Origin: Glaucostegus cemiculus
Lineage: Eukaryota
Length of the DNA: 64,000 bases
Reading direction: 5' to 3'
NCBI GenBank assembly: GCA_976551045.1
Contig: CDPCPM010000011.1
Location: 11,532,001-11,596,000, forward strand
In this document: positions 25,321 to 36,800 of the stretch, one piece after another
How the letters are laid out: every line of letters starts with the position of its first letter
How positions within the stretch are numbered: the stretch's first letter is position 1
Notes under the pieces: generated by a model
Told to the model about the DNA's origin: nothing
What the model saw: the letters and a program-made list of their open reading frames with translations, nothing else
Databases searched by the model: none
Position numbers and translations under genes: made by a program

Positions 25321-27354
25321 CGAAAACATTCCACTCAAAATTAAGGCCATGTTTGGAAGTTCGTGGGCATTGTTAGGGCAGGGTGCCAGAGATTTTGAGA
25401 CGGTGGTGTGGTTGGAAGGGCAGAAATCTGGACTGAGGGCTGCCTTGTGCTAGGGCTGATGATCAGGAGAAGGGTCGAAGTTCAAGTTTCGGGCTAAACT
25501 GAAGGTTGAGTTTCGGTGTCAGGATTGGAATCAGGTTAGTAGCTGATGGGCTTGTGGGGAAAGTGGAGCTGGACATCAGATCCTTCAGACAGGCTTTCAG
25601 AGCAGTTGGGAGGCTTGGAGGGGTCTTGTGATTTCAGGTGATGGGGGCCTGGGCTTCCTGGCATGGAGACCATCCATGGTTAAGGAGGAGTGAAGATCAG
25701 GTGACTGGGGCTGGATTTCTTGAGGTCAGGATCAAGGTTATTTGACTGGTTAGTGTAGTGTGGCTTAATACGGTTCTGGGGAGGTTTCAGGACATGGGAG
25801 CGTGCCAGATGGTTACATATTGAGGCTCATCTTAGATCAAACACAGTGCTGTGAAGACATCATTAACCCAAGAGTAACTTATGGTGGATTCTCCTACAAA
25901 GTGCTGTAAAGGGAACACTGCACAGGAAATGACATATTGCTATACCCTATTGATGTTGAATTCACTTTGAGACATAGAGAGTACTCAAAATTCAGGAATG
26001 ATGTAAAATCTCTGAGGAATGGTCATTATCATATTCCACTGTGGGGAAAATAATCAGAATAATGCAATTGAATTCCAAGGCACATAGCTTCTTGTCTATA
26101 GTAATTTAAAGATGTGAAGTATCTATCAGTAAATTATTAATTCTAGTGAGTTAATCCTGAAGAATTATAAACAAAGGAAATAAAGAAAATCAAAAAATTG
26201 CAGATGACAGTAATCTGAAACAGAAAATTCTGGAAACCTTCAGCAGGTCAGGCAGCATCTGTGCAGCGTTTCCAGCACTTTGTTTCTATTGCATGAGAAA
26301 TAAAGTTTGTTTCATCTGGACTATTTTAATAGAGGCTGTAGAGATGGTTTAGCAAAGTAGAGTCAATCATATAACTGAAAACTTGTAGAAGATCATAACT
26401 TTATAGTTTCATTAGCACAGGCGTACACATGTCTGAACCAAATAGCACATAAACTTGTATCAGTTTGTTCTGCTCACTGGTGTTTTATACATCTGTTTGT
26501 TGTGGACAATTTGTAACATGAATGGAATGCAATGCAAGTTTTGTACCTGTTGTAATTATACTTATTAATACATTTTGACAGTACAGTACAAATAATATCA
26601 TTAATTTTATCCCAGTATTGAAAAGCAACAGCAAGAAATTTTATTCTGTTGTCACCTAAATATTTTGCTTTTAACACATTAATGTTTTTCTTGCAGGTTC
26701 TTTGGAAGGGTCATAACCTGTTCAGGCATTTTCTGTTCCTTCAAAATCTTTAAGAATGTTTATGCCACTTCAGTATCACAAGAACAATCTTTAGAGATGT
26801 TTTAATTACAACATTCACTCCACAACATCCCATCCTCACATTCTCCACATTATATTTCTTCCCTCCATTTTAATCTTCCCCTGTATTTTCATTATCATTT
26901 AATTACCAATCTCCAGAAGGTGCATTGGAAATGTTAGGTTACAGTGTGAAGCCATAATAATTAAATACCATGTAGCATTGGTATAGAAATTTGTCCAGCT
27001 GTCAGCCAAATTAAATCAATGTTGGGGCAGTAGGGTGGTCAGTGCAGGGCAATTTATATAGCAAGGGTGAATTTTATATGCTTTTAACTTCTCATAACAC
27101 TTCTGGATGATTCTAAAGGATCCCCTTTAAATGTTAATTTTCCTGTCTTGAAGATTTGTTTTTCTTACTTAGCTGCTGGAGGCAACTACAAATGCTAAGA
27201 AACAACTTTTAACTCCCACTGAAGTGGAAGTTGAACTTAGTATTTTTTATTGAAGGAATAGGTGGTACATAAAGGCTTTACCTGAGTACCCATCTATCAC
27301 TGCTGCATAAGTAACACACAAAATACAAGATTATGAATAAACTATAGCGCGGAA

Positions 27355-27705
27355 CTAAAAGAGAAACAGGGGCAATCCATATGTTCCTGCAGCCTGCTGT
27401 GCCAATGGATATGATATTGACAGATCGCACACCTCTTCCACTTTGTCAACCCATATCCATTGCCTTTTATTTCATTATCATCCAAAAATCTATCAACTTA
27501 GCCCTGAATGCACTCAGTGACTGACTCAGCCTCAGCTCTCTGCAATGAAAAATTCCTACAATTTACAATCCTCTGAACAACAAAATCTCACCTCATCTCA
27601 GTCCTAAGTGATCTCCTATCTGAGACTGTACCTCCTAATTCTTGTCTTTCCAGCTGGAGGACACAGCCTTTCTGTATACGTCAGAAATCCCTCTCAGAAT
27701 CTTGT
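27355..27705 (-). mobile_element. Decayed CR1-type LINE 3' end
   Basis: tccaaaaatctatcaacttagccctgaatgcactcagtgact...aattcctacaatttacaatcctctga...cctcatctcagtcctaa is the reverse complement of the CR1 3' region. Confidence 0.7.
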
Positions 27706-30374
27706 ATGTGATCATTTGGTTGGGCCTTTGAGGGACAGAAAGTGAAACCATCCTTGCCAGCTAACACCTAAAATATTATTCCATCAGGTTAGATGGAGGG
27801 ATTTTATTTAAATACCACACAGTTGTAAGTAGGCCATAAATTTTCTTTCTATTGACTTTAGTGGATAGAAAATCTTGTTTCCTGTCCAAGCAGTTTAACA
27901 AACATTCTGGACAGAAGTCTGGGTCAGGAATAATTTAGCAAAAAAATGTCCTTTTAAAATCTAAAATAGAAATGTTAAACTCAGTTATGTACTTCAACAC
28001 TCTGATCCAAAAATTTGTAGAAGGGTGCGAGTGTTGAAAACCCTACAGCCACAAGTTCTATCAGGGAGTCTGAGTAAGTTTGTAAGGACTGAGGTGATTC
28101 TCTTAAATTTTACATCACTGGCAGGTCCTTACACCACTAGAACAGCCTCCCGAGCACCTATCTGTCACACAGTGTGCAAGTTACTTGTTTTAAAGAAATT
28201 ACTTCTGGAAGCATGTTGGTGTTTCCCTCAGATGAATTATAACATGTTTCCTGTTGCCTCTTTATATGTTTTTTTTAAAGGAAATCTTTATCCACTCCCT
28301 GGGCCCCAAGCAGTTCTGCTCGTTTGATGGCCTGGTGCACCTAGTTTAATCAGGTTCAGACATCTGACTGCCAATATTGCATCCCTTTGAGGTTTGGAGA
28401 AGTGGAACTCATTATAAGGAATCCTATTCCTACTCTGATGACTATTGGATCTCACCCCTTAAAAACTCAGGAACCTTGATGTTAAATAGTAAGACCAAGC
28501 TTAACTCGTTCTTAATTCAAATTCTTAGGAAGTTTGTACATTTCTACTTGAGTAAAAGTTTGTAAGAAGGGCTGCAAAAATTTCCTCCAAGCATTCTAGT
28601 ATGCTATATTCACACAGACTGCAATTTATTTTTCATTTCTGTTTCTGACAGAGATCAGTTGTAACAGAATTAATGGTAATGCTTATCTTCATTTAAGTAA
28701 TCTTCTTGGAGGCTTAATGGCACTTCCTAATTAACTTCTATTGACATGAAGAAATGGTTATATTCCTCCATTTGCTTTAGTAATTTAAAGCTCTGATCTG
28801 TCATTTAAATCCTTGCGATTAAAGTTTTTATCAGCACCATCAGTTGCTGCTAATGGCATAGATATAATTTCAGACTCAGATTTGGAGTCTCTCTTGAGTT
28901 CTATCACAGGGCTTATTGCTGTTCTGATCTGTATCTGAAGTTACTTTATTCTCAGCAATAGTTTGGCATTTTAAAAGTTTAACTGGTGACTCATGTTGCC
29001 ATACCCCTTATTCAGTTTAATTCTCACTGTCTACACTTTTCAACTCTGGAAGTAATAATGAGCCCTCCCATCCTGAACTCCCAATTTAAATCTTTCCATT
29101 CCTCATGACCACATTTGGCCATTTATTCCATCACTCCAGGGAAGGAACTTGGCTTGAATCCCTGAACTTCTATTGGACCACCTTTTCACCTGTTGTTAAC
29201 ATGCATCATTCTGTAAACTGGGATTTGATACACCTTCCAGCTGCAGGATACATAGTGAACATGAGAACTTGTGTCATGGGAACGTCATGGTCTTAATATC
29301 GTTAGACAAGGTGACAAAACCAGAGTACAAACAAAAACAGATTTAAATCCAAGGGGAGACTTCTTAAAAGTAAGACCCCTGACTGTCATTGTGTTTCCAA
29401 GATCAGGAAGTTAAAGATGGCCACTGGACAAACTGTACTCTTTTTAAGGTTAATTTTGAAACGTAAATTGTCTTCCAGTGGGATTAACCAGAAACGGTAT
29501 TCAACTATCCCTCCTATCCCTTCAACTAACTAGTTCACTGGCTGCATTTGAGGAGGACTTCGATTTTGCATTAACAAAACTTGAAACCAATTATTTTAAA
29601 TTAAAATTTACTTACAGCTATAGTGCAATTATCAAGTAGTTTCTTTCAGTGCTCTTTAATCAACATTCTGTGCAATCATAAACAACCTAGATCCCGGAGG
29701 CATCATTTTCTTTTGCATCATCATGGTAAGTTTTATAAACTTGTACCTGATTGTATTTTTAAAGACATTTTCATCCAGAGATAATCCATAGCCATTGTTA
29801 GTATTAGGGGCATATCAGGGAGCTGTTCATGTCGGAAATGTGATTACACTTTCACAAAGCTCTCAGCTCTTTAAGTAAAAAGTTATCAATAAGGTGATGA
29901 TTTGTTTATTTTCTTTTGGTCCCAACATACTTCAGTCAAACTTTTCTGAATCTCAAAATACTTCACATATAACGTACATCTAAATGGTCCAGATTGCATT
30001 TGCCCCAGCCTGTGAATAGTGTTGATATCACGTAGTCCCTCCCCACCACCCACAGGAATCCCACGGCTGCATTAACCTTTTGCAGCCGCAGTCTTCATTG
30101 CCATGGCTGTCCTCTCAGTGAATGGCAGCTGGACCTCTGGCAGCGATCCTGAGCCCTGGTCCCTCAACTATCCTGATGGCCTTTAGGTAGAGCAGGTTTT
30201 TCTCTGATACTCAAAAGGATTTAAAAACTGTTACATGCATTTAAGTAAGTAAAAATTACTTGAATATTATGAAAATTAAAAAAACACATTTTAAGGGACT
30301 GAAATTAATAAAACAAATAAAGAAAAAAATAACAAAATAATTATCTGCTCTTACCTTTACAGCCATCCAACATC

Positions 30375-30550
30375 CCATTGGCATGATTACAACATTTAAA
30401 AGATATTTGGACAGATACACAGACAGGAAAGGTTGAGCGGGGTATGGGCAAAATGTGGGGAAATAGGATTAACTCAAGCAGACGGCTTGGTCGGTATGGA
30501 CAAGTTGGGCCGAAGGGCCTGCTTCTGTGCTGTATAACTCTATGTCTCTA
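30375..30550 (+). mobile_element. Short CR1/HER1 3' end
   Basis: acaacatttaaaagatatttggacagatac...gttgggccgaagggcctgcttctgtgctgtataactctatg. Confidence 0.85.
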
Positions 30551-30769
30551 CACTGCTGGCTGGTGACCCCATTTGTGGATCATTTGTGGTTAGTGTAAAG
30601 CTGAGAGGCCAGATACACTGCTTCGTCTTTTAAGAACAAACAAGCAACTTTTTTCTTTTTGGTAAACAAATTATTATCAATATATCGCTTCAAAGTTATA
30701 ACAAGACAGACATTGTACAATTAACAAACAAACTAACAAAGGCGTATTTGACAATACTGACAGATTGTT

Positions 30770-32720
30770 TGCCCATTCAGTTAGATGCCAAAGTCAGTCT
30801 CAGAGTAGGTTTACAAAATCTGGTAGACTTTGGCACAGGTCTAATTTCTTCTCCATCTGCATTCTCAAAAAGAAAGGTCTCACTTCTGAACTTGTCTGAA
30901 TGACTGTAAGCAACAGAGTCATCCTCTGGAGGCTCTATATCTTCTGCAGTTTGAATAGATGTTGCTGGAAGTCTATGAATCACTGATTACTCTGCTGTTG
31001 CTACCACGGGTGTTGAATGCTCTGTTGGTTGTGATAGTGTTGAGAATGCAGGTGGCAAAACACAATTATGTCAGTTTTGTCATGGATATTCCTTGCAGGA
31101 ATCATGTGATCCATGTGTACACTCTTGATTTTGTTGGCCATTGGAATAAGGACCTCAAACAGGAACAGGGGTTTCAATTTCCCACTTGTCATTGTGATTG
31201 GAGGATTTAAAAGATGGCACGGTAGCATAGTGGTACAGCGCCAGCTACCCAGGTTCAAATCCGGCCACTGTCTGTAAGGAAGTTGTACATTCTCCCCATG
31301 TCTGCATGGGTTTCCTCCGGGTGCTCCGGTTTCCTCCCACATTCCAAAGACATACAGGTTAGGAAGTTATGGGCATGCTATATTGGCGCTGGAAGCGTGG
31401 CGACACATGCAGGCTGCTCCCCAAAATCACTATGCAAAAGATGTATTTCACTGTGTGTTTCGATGTACATGTGACAAATAAAGATCTTATCTTATCTATC
31501 TTATCTTGAAAACTGGACATGATCATTGATGTGAAATCCTCTCCCTTTAGAACCTGACTTGAAATGTCTTGCAGACTACCTTGTATTTGTTCAAATCTGT
31601 TTGTAAGATTCAGTAGTACAAAGGTTAACCTTATTTGCAATCATCTTTTCTTAAGTTCTGCTCCAATGTATCTTGCAGCGCTATGTTGAGCAAGTTTGCC
31701 AAAAATGTTTCATTCTGAAAGAAGAAAATCCTTGTGTTAATTGTTTCCTTAAGGCATCTTTGACAATTCTGACAGATAGCTCAGCCATTCAATTAGATGC
31801 CAGATGATAAGGAGAGACAACATTATGTATGGTACCATCCCTTCTCATGAACTCACTAAACAACCACAAGCAAAATTGTGGTTCATGGTCAGTGACTATT
31901 TCCTCAAACAATCCATTGAAGGAAAAAAATTGGTCTTAGTTCATTTAAGCTGCATTCTGTGGTGGTTGAAGTTTCTGTAGGCTTAATTTCCAACCACTTA
32001 TATGTAAATCAACAAGAACTAGGAAATAGTCATGCCCATTTTCACAAAAACCTGTGTGTGCACATTGAAAGGGTTTCTTCAGCTATCTCTAGAGTTGCAA
32101 TGGTATTTTCTTAGGTGTTATTCTGCACTATTGACTGACAGTATATTGATTTGTAAGCTCCTCTATTATCTTGATTTAAACCTGGCCAGTGTATAAAACT
32201 GTGAGCAATTGCTTTCATTGCTTCTGTACCAGTGTGTTTCATGTGTAACTTGATCAATATCTGTAGTCTTAAAACAGCAACATTACCACATACATGCTTC
32301 ATTTAAACACCCTTGATCACATGCCAATTCACTTTAGCAGGTGAAGTGGCTTTAGTTCATCTGTGCAATTCTCTAATTGAAACCAGCCTTATAAAGTGTG
32401 CTCAAAGTCCAGACTCTCAATCAGATCTTTTTGAGTTTATGATGCTGTTTCCAAAGCCTTCATTGGAAAATCAGCCAGGATACAAAGGGGACTTTCACAC
32501 CCCACATTTGACCAATCATGGGGTAATATTGACAAGGCATTTTGCTTCAAAGTCTTGCATTCAATTTTGTAGCATGTGGAGAAAGAAGAAACGCCCACTG
32601 TTGCATTTGTGATGGCGCCATTGTTGGAACTATCTAACAAGAAGGAACAGATGGAATTTTACTGACATTCAATATGATGGTCAAAGCCTCCAATATGGAT
32701 TTTAAAGTGATTGTTACCTT
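30770..32720 (-). mobile_element. Gypsy/Ty3 LTR-retrotransposon pol remnant (RNase H end, integrase, C-terminal tail), split by a SINE
   Basis: Minus-strand translations in Gypsy order: LEALTIILNVSK (~EALAI.FAVKKF, RNase H), LRLQILIKLHMKHTGTEAMKAIAHSFIHWPGLNQD (integrase H2C2 Zn domain), KWLEI, YHLASN*MAELSVRIVK (~YHP.SNG.AER), FEVL...SVHMDHM, and C-terminal KSTRFCKPTLRLTL (~RRS.R..KP..RL). Many stops and frameshifts. Confidence 0.85.
31216..31506 (+). mobile_element. Relatively young V-domain SINE with a Rex1-like 3' tail
   Basis: A box TAGCATAGTGG at 31223-31233 and B box GGTTCAAATCC at 31252-31262. V-domain gggtttcctccgggtgctccggtttcctcccacattccaaagac. Tail tttcactgt...gtacatgtgacaaataaa followed by (TCTTA)n. 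Confidence 0.92.
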
Positions 32721-32979
32721 GACAACTTTGGTCTGCACTCTATCACAGACATCCTCTCTATTCTCTCCAGCAGAACTTAAAACATGCTTGTTTACAGGGT
32801 TAGTCAGTTCTGATGTAGGGTCTTTCACCTGAGCTATCAAATCCATTTCTTTCCCCATTTTTGCTGCTTTGCCTAGTGAGCATATCCTGGAGTTTCTGGT
32901 TTTCTTTTGAATTTCCAGCATCCACAATGTTTCCTCTAATAGAATCAAAACCGACCCAGAAGTTCAAAGGTGAGCATCC

Positions 32980-33690
32980 ATGAGCAAAAATGTACACCAA
33001 CACAGTCTACAGCCTTTCAAATCCTTCATTACAATCACACCTGGTTCAATGATGAGTGCTGAAGGGCATGCCAGAAGCAGCACCAGATATACCTAAAAAT
33101 GAAGTGTCAACTTGATGAAACTGCCACACAGGACTAAATGCATGCTAAAATACAAAAGAAAACTATATGTGATAGACAGGGCAAGGTCATCCCACTATAA
33201 ATGGAACAGATCCACATCATCACATCACATCACATCTAGTCAGGAGCGATGTTGGATAATTAAATAATTAATGGGAAAAGGAGGCTATAAGGACATTCCC
33301 ATCTCAATAATGGTTGGGCTCAGCATGCAAGTGCTAAAGTTAGGGCTGAAACATTCACAACAAAGTTCAGCCAGAAACGCTGAGTGAATGATCAATCTTG
33401 TCATCTTCCTGAGACCTCCACCCTTACAGAAGCCAGTCTTCAACCAATTTGATGCACTCCAAGTAACGGCTGAGAGCACAGAATACTAGGGATCCAGGCA
33501 ACATATGGATGTAGCACTACACACAAACTTGCATTACATAGTTATCTGTATTTCTTAGCAAGCTGTACAAGTATGATTATAATATTGTCATCCACTGGAC
33601 ATAGATTAAAATTACTCAGCTATGCCTTATTTATAAGAAGCAAAAGACATCCAATCTAACTAATCAATCTCCCACATAATTTAATCTGAA
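32980..33690 (+). mobile_element. Decayed LINE ORF2 internal fragment (CR1/L2-group; probably the same family as 61670-62410)
   Basis: attcccatctcaataatggttgggctcagcatgcaagtgctaaag...ggctgaaacattcacaacaaagttcagccagaa resembles IPIL......S.K.KAE.FA..FS.K, which precedes LINE RT domains. Confidence 0.6.
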
Positions 33691-34392
33691 CTCAGCACCA
33701 TTTGTAATTTTGTTTCTATGTGATGCCAGCACATACAAGAGGACATAGTGAATATTAAAGAATAATAGTGGTTTATTATCAAATCTGAACACTTACCACA
33801 TAAAACCATGTACATGTTATTTCTACAAGATCATGCTCTGGACTGATTGTTCCATTTAATATTATCTATGTAAGGAAATAGACGACAATGTCCCAAAAGC
33901 TAGACTTTTGATATTAGCCCAACCTCATATCCTCTTCTCTCATTCAAGCTATATTAACCTATGAGAATATGAATAGGCCTTGTCCTGGATGCTTAACAGA
34001 CTGAAGAATCTATATCATAAACACTAAGGCTGCTTTAAAAAAAATGTACATTGATGATGTGGAATGGACATAATCTAAGCTTCATTACGCAGAGGCAGCT
34101 GGAGGGGATTTGCTTCAATTTAATGTAAATGAACTTTCACTTATATAAATTGCACCCATCTGGCTAATGCACTGGAATCATACGACACCAAAATTGTTGT
34201 AAAACCTTGCAGACACCAGCCGTTCTCGTCCTCCAATTTCTCACAGTATTAGCTTATATATAAAAAAAATTGCAACTTATTAGTAAAACTTGCAGTTCTT
34301 TGAATTTATAAATATATTAAATATTTACACCCACGGGGCAATATACTCATAGTTTACTAATCCCAACTAATTCTATTGTCCATGATCACATG

Positions 34393-34725
34393 TATAGAGG
34401 TGTATAAAATCATGAGGGGGATAGGGTGAATGCAGAAGCTTTTGCCCAGGGAAAGGGAATCAAAAACTAGAGGGCATAAGTTTAAGGTGAGAGGGGAAAG
34501 ATTTAAAAGGGACCTGAGGGGCAACTTCTTCACGCAGAGGGTAGTGCATATATGGAACGAGCTGCCAGGAGAAGTGATTGAGGCCGGTACAATAACAACA
34601 TTTAAGAGACTTTTAGATAGGTGCATGGAAATGGAAGGTTCAGAGAGATATAAGCCAAACATAGGCTTAGATGGGCATCTTGGGTGGGCCAAGGGGCCTG
34701 TTTTTGTGCTGCATGACAGTATGAC
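34393..34725 (+). mobile_element. CR1/HER1-type LINE 3' end
   Basis: ORF 34430-34741 SKTRGHKFKVRGERFKRDLRGNFFTQRVVHIWNELPGEVIEAGTITTFKRLLDRCM is the canonical CR1 ORF2 C-terminus. Confidence 0.95.
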
Positions 34726-36089
34726 AAGTACATTCTTCTAATGGTGGAATCAAAAGCAGAAAAGATACAAGCAACCAACTTTTTGTGGAGGAACTTGAAG
34801 GAAGGTAATATCCAAACACCTCTTCTTCATACGGAAACGCACTTGGAAGAATTTCTACCCAAGCAGAAGGCAAGAAATTGATGGATAGGTATCTGTCTTG
34901 CAGAGTGCCACTCCACAAATAAGCAACCAAGGATTAATCAAATTCATCCTCACATTAGGATCACATCCTCATTCTATCCCTGGGACTAAATGGTCACATG
35001 ACTACCACAAAGCGTTCCATCTCCCTCTCTTGCACACTACAAGACAAAATTAATAAAAACAGTGCTTAGAGTAATAGCCATATATCTGAGGTAATGTGTA
35101 CTAGCATTTTGTTCAAAAGGACGGATGCTCCCATCTGGGAATTATAACAAAATTGGATTTTCAATGTATATATTAAATTGAGATTTCTGTCCCATTATTC
35201 TTCTTGACTATGAAGATCAAAGTAAAACTAATGCTGTATATTTACAAGTTTGAACTGAGGCTCATCAAGGCCTATGACAAAGCAACATAATTACAAAGTC
35301 CTGGATCCTAACCCCCTGAGCTAGAACAGGTTTCATTCTGGCAAGCTGCCTGGAGAAGGGTGATGGTATAATAAAATTAGGATTAAAACTCAGCAGGAAT
35401 TGGAAACTGCTTGTTTCAATTTGTGGGTTGAGGGAACTGAAGCTAAAGGAAGCAAACAAATACCTTGACTGCTTCACTTATCCTCAAATCTTGACATGAT
35501 CTGAAATGATGTTGGAAGAACCTCAGTGCTGTTTGATTTCTGGTGCATTTAAATATCTGCATTCACTGTATTCACTCACTCGGGAGCTATAACGGGATAT
35601 GAATTGGGGATGAGAGATTCTTAATAAGTCAATCATTTCTCCCGGAAACAAATGTGTGAAAAAAATAAATGAATTAAAGTGAATTTGTTTTCAAGCCTGG
35701 TTTTAAAACACCAATTACAAATTATAATTAACATAAAGTATATGTGTGGTTTTGTTAAACCCTGAGAACTGATGACATACCTGAAGGGTATCCATTTCCG
35801 AAAGGTTCCCAAAGGAGCAAAATTCTTACTGGCTGAGTAATTGTTCCAAACACAGCAGTGAAAGGCTGAATTCTGGTGGCAAATGCTGACAGTTCTGTGG
35901 CAAATTCCCAAACTTGCTGACAGATTCCAGCTGCATTGCCGGGCTCTGCACAAAGCCCTGCAGTGGAGAACAAGCTTATTGAAACTCCCTAACAGTTGCG
36001 CTGCTTTGCGGATCCTGCCCAGGTTAGACTTGGTCCACAATCTGCAAGTCCGTTCATCTTGACGAAGGAAGAAAGGTAAACAAAAAATG

Positions 36090-36440
36090 AATGTCAAATC
36101 CTGTCCTTGGATGATGTCTGTGTGGAGTTTGCATGCTCTCCCTATCACTGTGTGGGTATCTTCTGGGTGCTCTAGTTTCCTCCCACATCCCAACCACATA
36201 TGGGTTGGGAGGTTAATAGGCCACTGTAAGTTGCACTGTGTGGAGATGAGTGGTCAAATCTCAGGAGAATTGATGAGAATATTTGATGGAATTGATGAGA
36301 TAATTGATGAGAATCGAGGAGAATAAAAGAATGTTATTAATATAGGATTAGTGTAAATGGATGGTTGATGTTCGGTGTGGACTTGGTGGTCCATAGGACC
36401 TGCTTCTATGCTGCATCACTCTATATCTCTATAACTATGA
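36090..36440 (+). mobile_element. V-SINE (HE1-like) with a CR1-type tail
   Basis: gtctgtgtggagtttgcatgctctccc...gtttcctcccacatccc (V-domain). Tail ggacctgcttctatgctgcatcactctata. Confidence 0.85.
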
Positions 36441-36510
36441 TTCTATCTGCTTAACTGTTTCCATCTGCATTAATATTTACAACAATTTAGAAGTGTTTTA
36501 GGTTATAACA

Positions 36511-36800
36511 TTTTAAGGACAGCTTCTATCCCACTGTGATAAGACTATTGAACGGTTCCCTTATATGATGAGATGCTCTCTGACCTCACAATCTATCTTG
36601 TTTCAACCTTGCCCTGTCTTTTCTCTGTAGCTGTGACACTTTACTCTGTATTGTTATTGTTTTTACCCGTACTACCTCAATGCACTCTGGACTAACGCAC
36701 TGTACCTGCACTACGTAATGAATTGATCTGACGAACGGTATGCAAGACAAGTTTTTCACTGTACCTTGGTACAAGTGACATTAATAAACCAATACCAATA
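36511..36800 (+). mobile_element. Rex1/Babar-type LINE 3' end
   Basis: Encodes FKDSFYPTVIRLLN. 3' hairpin tcactgtaccttggtacaagtga, AATAAA and (CCAATA)n tail. Same family as 6895-7260. Confidence 0.88.

Noticed and set aside
29650-29725. Possible plus-strand exon (tttctttcag ... ATG|gtaagt), one open frame CSLINILCNHKQPRSRRHHFLLHHH
   Set aside because: No recognisable protein and no compatible neighbouring exons. Such splice-like pairs are expected by chance in 64 kb.
30777-30983. Acidic, protein-like ORF as a host exon
   Set aside because: It is collinear with upstream Gypsy integrase motifs and ends in the typical Gypsy Pol C-terminal motif.
31216-31270. tRNA gene (A and B boxes)
   Set aside because: No cloverleaf, the boxes are only 18 nt apart, and it continues directly into a V-domain, so it is a SINE head.
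35633-36199. Longest ORF in the window (188 aa, minus strand)
   Set aside because: Its N-terminus is an antisense reading of a V-SINE and the rest has no recognisable domain or coding-like composition.
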